Source: Thecamonas trahens ATCC 50062 | Lineage: Eukaryota > Protista > Apusomonadida | DNA: 64,000 nucleotides | NCBI RefSeq assembly: GCF_000142905.1 | Contig: NW_013657678.1 | Span: 186,001 to 250,000, forward strand | Direction: 5' to 3' | Part shown: positions 34,015 through 44,512 of the stretch, piece after piece | Layout: each line of letters starts with the position of its first letter | How positions within the stretch are numbered: the stretch's first letter is position 1 | The notes under the pieces: model-generated | What the model was told of the DNA's origin: nothing | Databases searched by the model: none | The model's input: only the letters and a program-made list of their open reading frames with translations | Position numbers and translations under genes: made by a program

Positions 34015-35400
34015 TCATTCGGTGGATGCGTGGTCGGGGCGCGGATCGACGACCACTTGCGGAGCAGGCCGCGATCGAGTCGAGGGCAGGACAGAGACGG
34101 TGAGAAAGTCCTGGGCAACGGTGACGGCTGGTGAGCCAAAGGCTGCCACAGCCTCGGCGCGGATGGCGGCGGCAGCGGCAGTGTCGGCGGCCGAGTCGCC
34201 CGAGCCGATGTACTTGGGCGAGAGGTGGTTGAGGACGAGGTGGCCGGCCGAGACCGAGGCGGCGAACTCGCCGGCCATGCACGTCGTCGAGTGGCCGCGG
34301 TCGACGGCCTTGACCCGGTCTGCGCTCCGCAGTGACGCCTCATGAACCAGGACGTCAGCGTTGGTGGCGAGTGGCGCAATACCTGACGGGTCACATGTAT
34401 CGCCGAGCACCACGATCTTGCGTCCGGGCCGGGCCGGCGAGACGTAGTCTTCCGATCGCAGATGGGTGCCGTTGCTCAGGGTGACGTCGACTCCGCCGAC
34501 AAGCGACTTGCACCACGCACCAAGCCTGCCGACGCCCGGCGTCGCCTTTAGCTTGTCCACGTCGAGCGACCCAGGGCGTGGCGCCTCCTCCAGCACATAC
34601 CCCACAGTGAGGACGTGCGGGACGTGCTCGATGACCGCGGCGTGGAGGGTGACCGCTGGTCCGCTCGCGCCCGCCGCCGACGGCAGCTCCAGCGGGAGCA
34701 TCCAGTGCGGCGTGGCCAGTGCCTCAGGCGAGGCCTCGTCGGGCGGAGCGTAGTAGAGGTTCTTGTCGCCAGGCGTGTAGCCCCGGACCACCGTCGATCC
34801 ACCAATGTACATGTCGGCAAACGTGTGTGTGGCATCCGGCGGCACGTCCTCGGCAAGCAGCGAAGACTCAGCCGGAGCAAGCAACGGCGGCGGCGCCGGG
34901 CGCATCTCGTGGACGAACAGGCCGCGCGAGAACGAGTACGTCGTGGCCAGCGAGGTGCGGAGGAAGGCACGGATGCCGAGCGGCCCGTAGACATGCAGCG
35001 GGCCACCACCTGCGTTCAGCACCGCGCATACCAGGCCAGGAAGGCCAAACACATGATCTCCGTGCAGATGGGTCACCGCCACCGCAGCGATCCGCGATGG
35101 CTTCACCGCGCACTGGCCCGCCATCAGCCGCCGCTGCGTGCCCTCGCCGACGTCAAACAGCACATACGATCCACACGGCAGGCGGACAGCAGTAGCAGAC
35201 GTGTATCGCGATGATGTCGGCTGCGACGAGGTGCCCAGGAATACCATGTCCATTCCGTCTGCCGTGGTCGAGCTCGCCCGTCGCCACATCGTGGCCTCGT
35301 CCGCGCTCCTCGCCGCAGCCGCCGTCCGTACGGACTGCCGCACCCGCACGCCTGCTCCAGTCACACGGCTACATGCCAGCCACTGTGCCACACGTAACAT
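34015..35400 (-). CDS. Short-form ribonuclease Z (tRNase Z) with putative mitochondrial presequence
   Basis: FLGTSS, FDVGEGTQ, THLHGDHVFGLPG, flexible arm ending GRKIVVLGDT, HEAS, GHST, LNHLSPKY. Confidence 0.9.
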   Translation of the reverse strand: MLRVAQWLACSRVTGAGVRVRQSVRTAAAARSADEATMWRRASSTTADGMDMVFLGTSSQPTSSRYTSATAVRLPCGSYVLFDVGEGTQRRLMAGQCAVKPSRIAAVAVTHLHGDHVFGLPGLVCAVLNAGGGPLHVYGPLGIRAFLRTSLATTYSFSRGLFVHEMRPAPPPLLAPAESSLLAEDVPPDATHTFADMYIGGSTVVRGYTPGDKNLYYAPPDEASPEALATPHWMLPLELPSAAGASGPAVTLHAAVIEHVPHVLTVGYVLEEAPRPGSLDVDKLKATPGVGRLGAWCKSLVGGVDVTLSNGTHLRSEDYVSPARPGRKIVVLGDTCDPSGIAPLATNADVLVHEASLRSADRVKAVDRGHSTTCMAGEFAASVSAGHLVLNHLSPKYIGSGDSAADTAAAAAIRAEAVAAFGSPAVTVAQDFLTVSVLPSTRSRPAPQVVVDPRPDHASTE

Positions 35401-35605
35401 GCTCGTGCTGCTGTGCTTGTTGTTCCGCGGGAGCGTAAAGTGTGACGCGTGGCTCTGACCCCAGCTGAACCCCCCGAGGCTGTGGAGACGTGGGATGCGC
35501 TCGCCGCGTCGTTTGGGCGGCGCAAGGGGGGGGAGGCTAGAACCGGTTTACTAGCTTGTGGCTGATCAAAGGGTGTAGACTGTTGTGCTTGCGTCGAGAT
35601 CGCGC

Positions 35606-37372
35606 TTACTCGTCGGCACCGGCGACGAGGCGGAGGTGCTTCTTAAGGGCAGAGGTGCCTTTGAGGGCGACGCGCATCAGTCGGCGCGACGGGTTGCCGT
35701 CAAACATGAGTGCAGATAGGACCGGGAAGAAGCCGAGATCGGGTGGAAGTTCGCAAAGTTCGTTGTTGCGGACGTCGAGCGTCGAGAGTGCGCAGTCGTC
35801 GATGTGGGTCGGCGGCGGAATAAAGTCGAACGCGTTCGAGTCGAGGACGAGGTCGACGAGAGGCGCCGGGAACGGATCGTCGGTGGCAAACGGCCAGGAC
35901 CTCAGCTTGCAGCCGGAGAGAACAACTCGCTGCAGCGAGTACAGCTCGTTGAGCGCAAACTGAAGTGCCATGCCTCGATTGAACGAGAGGTCCAGGCTAG
36001 TGAGGCTTCCGGCGAGAGCGGCGAGCGAGCGCGGCGGCGCGCGAAGTCCATTGTGCGCAAGATTGAGCAGTGAGAGTGACGCCAGCGGTGGGAGCAGGGA
36101 CTCTGGCACAAGTTCTAGCTTGTTACGCGCAAGGCTCAGCGCCTCGAGCGAGTAGCATACGTCTGGCGCAAACTCGAGCGGCAAGCTGCGAAGCCCGTTG
36201 TCATCGGCCGTGAGGCTGGTGACAAGGCCGCCAAACGAGGCCGGCAGCTCGTCGAGGCCCTGGCTCGAGAGATCAAGGCTGCCATCTCCGGCCGGAACAA
36301 GCGACGTGGCGAGACCGGAGCTTGCGCTGCCGGCCAGCAGCTCTTCTGGAAGCCGGGTCCGCAGGTACTCGAGGATGGCATGCGAGCCCTTTTCGACAAT
36401 CGAGCGGCGAAGGCCGCGGAACGGGTTGCCCTCGACGCCAAGGTGGGTGAGCGAGCTGCAGAGCGCAAGCTCGGGTGGGAGTGAGCGAAGCTCGTTGGAT
36501 GCGAGGTCAAGAGTGACGAGTCCGTCGAGGCCGGCCACCGACGCCGGGACGCTGCGCATGCGGTTGCCGACAGCGCGGACAACCTTGAGGGCGGGCAGAC
36601 CAAGCAGGGCATGAACAGGGAGCTCGGCAAAGGCGCACTCGGAAATGTCGAGCGTGTGCAAGGCGGTGCAGCTTGGGAGCGAGCGCGGTAGCTGCGAGAG
36701 CGATGCGTTGTGGACGAGATGGAGCTCGGCCAGCGCGGCTGAGGACCCGATGGCCTCGGGCAGCGCGGTGAGCCGGTTGTGGGAGAGGTCCACTATGCGA
36801 AGAGAAGGCGCACTCTCAAACAGCTCATCGGGGAGCTCGGCCAGCGCGTTGTGGGCACAGTCAAGGATCTCCAGGCAGGCGACGTGCGAGAGGCCGAGGA
36901 GGGTGTCGATGCGATTGTGGCTGGCGCGGAGCTCGACGAGCCGCGGCCACGGGCCATCGACCATAGTCACGGCGTTGTGGGAGACGTCGAGGACCCGGAT
37001 TGACGGCGAGCCGTAGAGCGGGACGAGCGTGAGGGCGTTGTGGGCGAGATTGAGTCGCAGGAGCGCCGGCCACGGCGGGCGGGCGTTGGCCGCCGCCACC
37101 AGATCGCTCACACTGGCGTCGTCGAGCGCGTTGCGTGAGGCGTCAAAGACCTTCAGAAACTCGTAGTCCAGCAGCTGCGGCGGAAGATAGCTCAGCTCGT
37201 TGCCCGAGATGTCGACCACCCGCAGATCGACCACAGCGTAGCCCGGCACGTCGTCGAGCACCAGGCTGCCCACGACCAGCGCCTCTTGCGGGAGCTCGCC
37301 CAGACCACGGCCGGCCAGAATCAGCTTGCCCTCGGTTTGTGCGCGTCGGTAAGCACGGTCGAGGAATGCCAT
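35606..37372 (-). CDS. Leucine-rich repeat protein (LRRC40-like)
   Basis: Many LxxLxLxxN repeats; GNPFRGLRRSIVEKGSHAILEYLRTR and GNPSRRLMR...GTSALKKHLR caps. Confidence 0.85.
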   Translation of the reverse strand: MAFLDRAYRRAQTEGKLILAGRGLGELPQEALVVGSLVLDDVPGYAVVDLRVVDISGNELSYLPPQLLDYEFLKVFDASRNALDDASVSDLVAAANARPPWPALLRLNLAHNALTLVPLYGSPSIRVLDVSHNAVTMVDGPWPRLVELRASHNRIDTLLGLSHVACLEILDCAHNALAELPDELFESAPSLRIVDLSHNRLTALPEAIGSSAALAELHLVHNASLSQLPRSLPSCTALHTLDISECAFAELPVHALLGLPALKVVRAVGNRMRSVPASVAGLDGLVTLDLASNELRSLPPELALCSSLTHLGVEGNPFRGLRRSIVEKGSHAILEYLRTRLPEELLAGSASSGLATSLVPAGDGSLDLSSQGLDELPASFGGLVTSLTADDNGLRSLPLEFAPDVCYSLEALSLARNKLELVPESLLPPLASLSLLNLAHNGLRAPPRSLAALAGSLTSLDLSFNRGMALQFALNELYSLQRVVLSGCKLRSWPFATDDPFPAPLVDLVLDSNAFDFIPPPTHIDDCALSTLDVRNNELCELPPDLGFFPVLSALMFDGNPSRRLMRVALKGTSALKKHLRLVAGADE

Positions 37373-37642
37373 GGTGAGTGGGAGAAAAAGGGGGAGCTGT
37401 GTTGGGTGGCTGGTGATGGCGGTGGTGGTTGTGTGCATGACATGGCGCCAAGTCGGCGGCGGCGGCTGGTCGGCTGCCGAATGAGCGACAGACCGGTGCG
37501 AGGCGAGGCAGGAGCGCGCGACGACGGGGCCGGTGGCTTGTGGCCAGAGGCAAAGCCAGTTTAGCAGGTAGGTAGTTGGCTGGTGGCTAGCCTGCCTACA
37601 CCTCACTCTACCAAGTCAGCCAGCCACTTTCAGGAACACGGT

Positions 37643-38578
37643 ATGGGCGAGGTGGTCGAGCACGCGCCGGGCACCATGGCCTATCTGGTTGACGAGCTGC
37701 TGGGCCGGACGGGCACGGCGGGAGGCTGCAACGAGGCTGGCGATGGGGTAGCGGTGGGCGATGAGTTCATCGCAAGCACAGGCACTTCAGTGGGACTTGC
37801 AGCGGGTGCTGCGGCGGATGGGGGAGGCGGCGAGGCCTCCAGCAACGGGCTCGGAGGCGGGTCGGGCGAGGTGCTCAAGGGCTTTATCCGCGAGACGCAT
37901 CTGCGGGCCGACGGGACCATCGACGTGGTGACTAAGCCGCACGCCTCGCCGCCACGGGCGTCGCCGGAGCCCGGCTTGATGGCGGCGTCGCGGCCGGCAC
38001 TGGTTGTTGTTGATGTGCAGAACGACTTTCTGCCCGGCGGCGCGCTGGGCGTGCCTGACGGCAACGCCGTGGTTCCGGTCATCAACGCACTGCGCGAGGC
38101 CATCGACTTTGACGCCGTCGTCCTCACCCAGGACTGGCACCCGGAAGGCCACGTCTCGTTCAAGTCGGCCTCTGCCGACGGAACATGGCCCGATCACTGC
38201 GTGGCCAACACCCAGGGCGCTCGGCTGGCGTCGGCGCTCAACGTCGCCTCGTCCGACTACATCATCCGCAAGGGCACCGACGTCCAAGTCGACGCCTATT
38301 CGGGCTTTGGGCCGCCGATGCCGCACCCGCCGACCGAGCTCGAGGAACTCCTCCGCGCCCACAACTCGGATGTGGTTGTTGTTGTCGGCCTCGCTCTCGA
38401 CTACTGCGTCCGTGCCACTGCGCTCGACGCCCATGCCCTCGGCTTTACCGTTTACGTCGTCAGCGACGCCGTCCGCCCGGTCACCCCGGCCGGTGGCGAC
38501 GATGCCAAACTTGACCTTGTCGATGCCGGCGTCAAGCTTGTTACTTCCCAGCGGCTCATGGCCGCGCTTGGCCAGTAG
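37643..38578 (+). CDS. Nicotinamidase/pyrazinamidase (isochorismatase family)
   Basis: VVDVQNDF, TQDWHPEGH, WPDHC, RKG...YSGF, GLALDYCV catalytic motifs. Confidence 0.92.
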   Translation: MGEVVEHAPGTMAYLVDELLGRTGTAGGCNEAGDGVAVGDEFIASTGTSVGLAAGAAADGGGGEASSNGLGGGSGEVLKGFIRETHLRADGTIDVVTKPHASPPRASPEPGLMAASRPALVVVDVQNDFLPGGALGVPDGNAVVPVINALREAIDFDAVVLTQDWHPEGHVSFKSASADGTWPDHCVANTQGARLASALNVASSDYIIRKGTDVQVDAYSGFGPPMPHPPTELEELLRAHNSDVVVVVGLALDYCVRATALDAHALGFTVYVVSDAVRPVTPAGGDDAKLDLVDAGVKLVTSQRLMAALGQ

Positions 38579-38588
38579 GCCGCTGTTT

Positions 38589-40375
38589 TCAGTGATGGTA
38601 AAGAGGCGCAAGCGCCAGCTCCACCGCGGCGCCCCACTCGCGGTCGACGGCCTCGGTTAGCTCGGCGTGGCGCACGGCACTATCCAGTGCGCGTTGAGCG
38701 GCAACGCAACCAGCAGCCACAGCACCAGCGCTGATGTTGGGTACGGGCCGCACCCGCCCGATTGCCGGTGCAAGGCGGAGCCCGAGCTTGCGGCGGTCAG
38801 CGGCGACGACGTCGAGAACCGGCGCAAAGATCAGCTCGGCGCGATGCCGCTCGAGCGTCCCAACGTGCTTGCCGTTGACAACCGTGAGGTGCGGAAGGAT
38901 CCATACCGTATACAAACGGAAAACGAGAGGCCCACCACGGGAGACTCGCAAACCTCGAGCTCACGGAGTTGGCTCAGCGACGCGAGACAGTCTAGGTCTG
39001 CGAGGCGGGCCACGCCGTTGCTTACCAGCGTGAGCCGCTCCAGCATCGGATAGCCCTTGCGGAGCCGCGGCATGCACGCCGCCACGGTCGCCATCGGCGT
39101 CTTGTCAAACACTAGCCCGCGGGTTTTGTCGCGGCCGAGGCCCTTGTCGAGCGGCGCGGTCGTCGAGCCGACAATGTACAGCGTGTCGCCGCGCCACTCG
39201 GTCTTGGCCCGCTTGCGCACCTTGACCTGCACCGGCGAGTCCAAAGCAGGACGCAAGGGCGGCACGGCAGGGCGCGGGGACGAATGCGGGGGCGACTGTG
39301 GTGCCTCGGCTGGGCAGCCAGGCGGAGCAAGCGGCATGACAACGGCAACTGTGCTGGCCGGAGGCGGCGGCGACATGGGAATCGGCACGGTGGGGATGCG
39401 GATGCGCGGGATGCGGCGGGTACCGCTGAAAGGAGAGCCAATATCGGCAACCGAGCCGTCGTCATCAGTGTCCGAGTCGGTTGCCGCGGCACTTGGCGAG
39501 CCAGGTGGCGATGGGCTGGGCGAGGGGGTGAGGAAGAAGGCCGGAACGCGGAGAGGTTCGCCGTTTGGGGTCGATGCCAGTGGCAGCTGAGGACTGAGCG
39601 CTTTGGGTGACGGCGGCGCGGGCTCGAGATCCGTCCCGTCGAGAAGCTGAAGCCGCGGCAGGAGGCGGGCGACAGAGGCACGGTAGTCGGCGCGGACAGA
39701 GCCAGCTGCAAAGGGGTTGCCATCGAGATGGAGCTCGTCGAGCACAGGCAGGTCGCTCAGAAAGGCCACTGCGTCGACCGAGGCAAGGCAGTTATGGGAG
39801 AGAAAGACGCGCTGGAGCTTCGAGTTGGCAGCGAGAGGATGGATGTGTGTGATGCGGTTTCGGCGGACGTTGAGCTCAACGAGCGAGGTGAGGGCGTCAA
39901 GTGGCGGGACGTAGGTGAGTCGGTTGCCCGCGAGGTTGAGGACGCGGAGCGAGACAAGGGCATCGAGCGGGCGCAGGGCGTCGGCCACCAGACAGTTTGA
40001 GTGCAGATCCAGGACGTCTAGCTTGGTGACGGCAGTGACGCCGTCGACGGCAGTGATCTTGTTCTTGCCGGCCATGAGGACACGGAGCGAGCGCACCGGG
40101 CCGAGGCCCGCCAGCGAGGTCAGAGCATTGTTGTAGACGTCGAGAAAGATGAGCGCCGGTACGGCATCGAGATGGGCCAGCGTAGTCAGCGCGTTGTTCT
40201 GGGCGTTGAGCAGCCGCAACCGGCTCTCGCCCTCTAGCACCGGCAGCGTGGTCAGCCCAGTCCGCGCCAGCGAGAGCTTGTCGGGCTCGGCTGCCCGGGC
40301 CTGCTCGTCACGGAAGGCCACCGCGGCGTAGCCATTGATGGAGGAAGCCGGGACGACCGTGAGGCCGTCGCTCAT
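38589..40375 (-). CDS. SDS22-type LRR protein (LRRC49-like); 1-nt frameshift ~38921
   Basis: LIFLDVYNN, LRVLMAGKNKI, LDVLDLHSN, ELNVRRNRI. A second LRR cap (FRLYTVWILPHLTVVNG) continues in the next frame. Confidence 0.78.
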
Positions 40376-40527
40376 CGGGTGTGTGCGGTGGAGGTGGGTG
40401 CGGTGGTGGGTGGCGCCAACATATGGCTTGCGAGGTGGCTTTACCGCATGCTGGCCTGATGTCACTCGGCCTGATGTCACTCGCTCGATCGGTGCGATGG
40501 GTGGACGGGGGAAAGGGGGGGAATGCT

Positions 40528-40570
40528 ATGTGTGTGTGTGTGTATGTGTATGTATGTGAGTGTGTATGCA

Positions 40571-40626
<56 letters not shown>
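40528..40626. repeat. (TG)n microsatellite
   Basis: Long TG run. Confidence 0.92.
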
Positions 40627-40628
<2 letters not shown>

Positions 40629-40666
40629 GGGGTTTGATCGGATGCACTGCCGGCAGGGGTCAGCCA

Positions 40667-41157
40667 TCAGAAGAACGAAGACGGCTGCGACTGCATGGCC
40701 TCTGCCTGTGCCTGCTGCTCCTGCATGCGGGTGCCCACCATGTCAATGACCTTCATGTACTTGACCACGCACCGATCGACGCACGCCGTCTCGGCCCGGT
40801 CAGTCCAGACTCGTTGTACCGTCCGATGCACTTCTTGAAGCACTGCTCGGAGAGCCTATCGCCGCATCCGCCCACGCCCCCCACCTGTGAGTCACAATCT
40901 GCCCTTCATCTACCTGTCTGTCTGCACCCCCTTCCTCCACCCCCTTCCCCTTTCCTGCCGCTGCTTCCTCCCCCCTCTGCGCGGCATCCCGCCCATCTCC
41001 GGCTTGGTCCGACGACGAGGGCCTTGTGCGCCCGCAGGGAGGGCATGGGCGCACGGGGGAGGAGGGGACGACCAAACTGTGGCTCTTACCGGTTGAAAGT
41101 GTCTGTCATGGCCTCCAGCTCCAGCTGGGCCTGCATTACGTTGGGGGACATGGCCAT
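40667..41157 (-). CDS. TIM10: Small Tim chaperone, Tim10-like (twin CX3C); intron 41089-40856; 1-nt frameshift ~40796; absent from the ORF track
   Basis: Reconstructed MAMSPNVMQAQLELEAMTDTFNR/LSEQCFKKCIGRYNESGLTGAETACVDRCVVKYMKV; GTAAGA donor, CTCAC branch site, TAG acceptor. Confidence 0.85.
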
Positions 41158-41389
41158 GGTGGTGGGGATTGGAGTCGGGTGGCCGCTCCGGGTTCGGTGG
41201 GAGCGCCAGCACAAGTTGGGACCGACCACAGTCACCTCAGCGGCACCTGCCGTCTGGCAAGCCGAGGGACTCGATTGAAGGCGCGGCTGACGCCAGAGCG
41301 CAAATTCAGCTGGAGCAGCCTTGCTTTACGTCTCTGGGCCTGTGATCATGGACCTGTGATCATCGATTCGGCGACTCGGAAGCTGGGGC

Positions 41390-42771
41390 TCACGCCGTCG
41401 GGCGGACGGGCGGGTGCGGATCGGCGATGGGATTGATGTTGGCGGCAGTGGGGTGAGGAACGACAAGGCCGACATCGTCGGTCATGCGGAAGCGGACCGA
41501 GCGAAGAGCAATGGCGAGAGCCTCGCCCTCACCGGCCAGCGAGTACGGCTTGACAAGGAGCTCAAAGAGGACGCGCTTGCCGTTGGCGACGCGGAAGACA
41601 GCGTGGGTGGGGAGACCAAGCGGGTGCTTGAGCGCCAGAGTCACCTCGGCGTTCATGGACTCGTCGGCGAGGTCGATAAAGTTGGAGCCGACGAGGTCGG
41701 CCTCGGTGCAGCCGAGCAGGTCTGCGGCGGCCGGGTTGACGGTGTGGATGGTCCACTCCGACGGCGTGCGCGGCGCGGCCGGCAGGCGGCGCGGGGGATG
41801 ACTGGGACTGCGATGATGATGCCTTCGAACGAGGCCCCGATGAGATTGCCGTACCGAGTGCCAGCACTCTGGATTTGCTTGATGTCCTCGCGGGCAATGT
41901 ACCAGTTGGCGCAGAGAACCGCGTACAGTGTGACGGTGACCAGGAGCGGGACAAGAACGTCGATCCAGGTAAAGTCGAGAATGGCTGGAAGGACCGCGAG
42001 AGCAATCGAGGTCAATACCGCGAGGCCGCCAAACAGCGGCAGCGACATGATGACCGATCCCAGAATGTGGACAACGTAAAGAGCGGAGAGGCGGGCAAGG
42101 AAGAACTCGGCCGAGAAGGCCGAGTCGTCGGCCATGGCGACGGCGACGAAAAAGGTGGCGGTAGCAAGGACGACTGCTATGATGCCGGCCAAGTAGTAGT
42201 GCGGCGTCCGCGCCGCAAAGTAGAGGAGCACATAGATACCAGCGGCGACCACCAGATAGATGTTCGACGGCGACCAAGAGTCGAGCTCGTCTGTCCGCAA
42301 GCCGACCAGAACCGCGATGAGAAGAAAGAGCAGCATGACCAGCAGCAGGCCCGCCAGGTACTCGGCGCGCCGAAAGTGGTGCGGCAGCATCGTGCCCAGC
42401 GACGCAAACGGCGCGACCAGGACAGTCCGCACCACCGCGGTGGTGAGAACGTGATCCGGCGGCTCGTCGTCGACCGCCTCGCCACCATCGGACCCAATCG
42501 AAGCGTACGAACCGAACCTCCGCAGGCCCAGCGGACGGTCGTGGATGAGATTGGGGTTGGAGAACGACTTTTGCAGCCGCCGCGCCACCGTCTCACCCTC
42601 GTCGGCAGACTCGGCGTTGGCGTCAAGGCCGGCGGCACTGTCACCAGCTTCTCCACCCAACGACGACGACGACGACGACGTGCCCGACGCCACGGCCTCG
42701 ACACCAGGCAGCACTGCATCCATGTCCATACCCACCTCGGCGTCCATGCCCATACCCGCCTCGGCGTCCAT
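41390..42771 (-). CDS. Multi-pass membrane protein with C-terminal PAS domain; 1-nt frameshift ~41795
   Basis: 5-6 hydrophobic helices, then RYGNLIGASFEGIII...IHTVNPAAADLLGCTEADLVGSNFIDL (PAS). Confidence 0.7.
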
Positions 42772-43354
42772 GAGAGGTGAAGGGGGAGGGGAGGGGGAGG
42801 GGGGGGGGGGGGGGGGACGAGTGTGGCTTGGTTCCTGGTTCAGCTGTGGCCGGTCGGGTCACTTGTGGCCGCTGTTCGTGACGCACGGCAGTCGGGTCCG
42901 ACTCGCTGGCCAACCGATTGGAGTGAGGCGGCGGCCGGTGAGACATCGGAGGTGAGCGAGTAGGGCAAGGGTGGTATTGACACCGCGCGTCTTTTGCTAA
43001 AACCATCAGCAGTGTTTGCACATGTGTTGGGGGGTCGGATGATGAAGATCCTTGGGTGTGGTTTGGGTATCCCCAAGCCGAGACGCGTATCGGCTGTCCT
43101 CGGCAAACTTCTCTTCCCCGCAGCCAGACCTGGCCAGCTAGCCAGCCGAGCCTGTGGCCGAGTCAAGGTCGTTTTGAGTGAAGGACCGCATTATCCAGCC
43201 TCCCTCCGTCCTCCATCAGTCATCGATCTTGCTCGAGCAACCCCTCCCCCTTCACCTCACACACCTCGGACTCGCCACCACTCGCAGAGTTGCCGCCGGG
43301 ACGGAGGCACCAACGACCTCGCTTGCCATCTCCTTCACTCACACCCCTCTCTCC

Positions 43355-44440
43355 ATGTGCCGCATCGACCGCAACGGGTGCAACCATGTCTTCCACCCGA
43401 TCACCCTGTGCGTGGTGCTGATGTGCCTGCCCATTGCTCTCGGTGTACTGTTTGGAAGTGTGCTGCCCAATGCCCGCGAACTAGCGTCGTACGTGGAGAC
43501 GACGTGCGAGTATCGCAACACCACAGCGACGAGCTACGGCTGCTGCACCATCGAGAACTGCATCTGCGCCGAGTGCACGGCAGGAACCGCTACCTGCAGC
43601 GCCATGCAGTCGGCGCTCACCGCTGGCGAGTGCTGCAACGGGCCGCACTGCTGCCGGACCGAGTGCGAGACGTGCTGCACTGATGAGGCATACAGCGAGA
43701 GATACAGCTGCCGCTGCCGGGGATCGACGTCCTCGCGCCGATGCGATACCTGCTACCGCACCCGCTACCGCCGGGTCTGCCACACCTGCAATTGCCGCTG
43801 CGCGCAAGAGGTCACCAATCGCCACTGCCAATCGGTGTGCGGACTGTGCTACAACCTCGCGACAACGTTAATTGTCCACATCAAGCGCGTGGCGAGTGGT
43901 GCGGTCTGCTGCCGCGAGTCGCCGCGCTTCCTCACCAGCAGATGCGAGCGCGATCGCACCGACTGCCGGGACTCATGGCTTCGGTTCAAGGCCGACGGTG
44001 TGTCCCAGAAGTGCTGGTACCACGAGCGCAATCCCGACGGCACGCTTCGCTGGGACCGACCAAAGCGCAACGTCGCCGCTGTCTTCTTCACTGTCCTCTT
44101 CTTCGTGCCCATCGTGGCCTGGGTCTTGGCCACAGCGGTCTTTGTCGGCGTTGTTGCCATGGACAGTTGCTGCCCGAGTACGTTTACGGCGCATCCGGCC
44201 CTCTCAGCATCAGAGCCGCGACACGTCGCGCCTGCGCTGCCAACCACGTCGCGTCTCGCCACCCGCTACCCCAGCTCGCACTCGGGATCGAGCTCGTTGA
44301 CCGATGACAGCGGGCGCGGCGGCAGCAAGCCAAACAAGCCAGGCCGCCGGCAGGACCCGTCTCCGCCGTTTGCCCCTGGCCGGCGTAACATGCCCACGCC
44401 ATCGGCTCCGCCGCCTGCCTATGACGATGTTGCCTGGTAA
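43355..44440 (+). CDS. Two-TM protein with Cys-rich loop (KCNMB/TipE-like topology)
   Basis: TM1, YVETTC, about 30 Cys in the loop, CWY..NP, TM2, cytoplasmic tail ending PSAPPPAY. Confidence 0.7.
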   Translation: MCRIDRNGCNHVFHPITLCVVLMCLPIALGVLFGSVLPNARELASYVETTCEYRNTTATSYGCCTIENCICAECTAGTATCSAMQSALTAGECCNGPHCCRTECETCCTDEAYSERYSCRCRGSTSSRRCDTCYRTRYRRVCHTCNCRCAQEVTNRHCQSVCGLCYNLATTLIVHIKRVASGAVCCRESPRFLTSRCERDRTDCRDSWLRFKADGVSQKCWYHERNPDGTLRWDRPKRNVAAVFFTVLFFVPIVAWVLATAVFVGVVAMDSCCPSTFTAHPALSASEPRHVAPALPTTSRLATRYPSSHSGSSSLTDDSGRGGSKPNKPGRRQDPSPPFAPGRRNMPTPSAPPPAYDDVAW

Positions 44441-44512
44441 CGTTTTGCGGCTGGTAGCGGCGTCGTCGAGGTGAGTAACACGCAACGCGCGGACGTGTCC
44501 GACACTTCTCGC

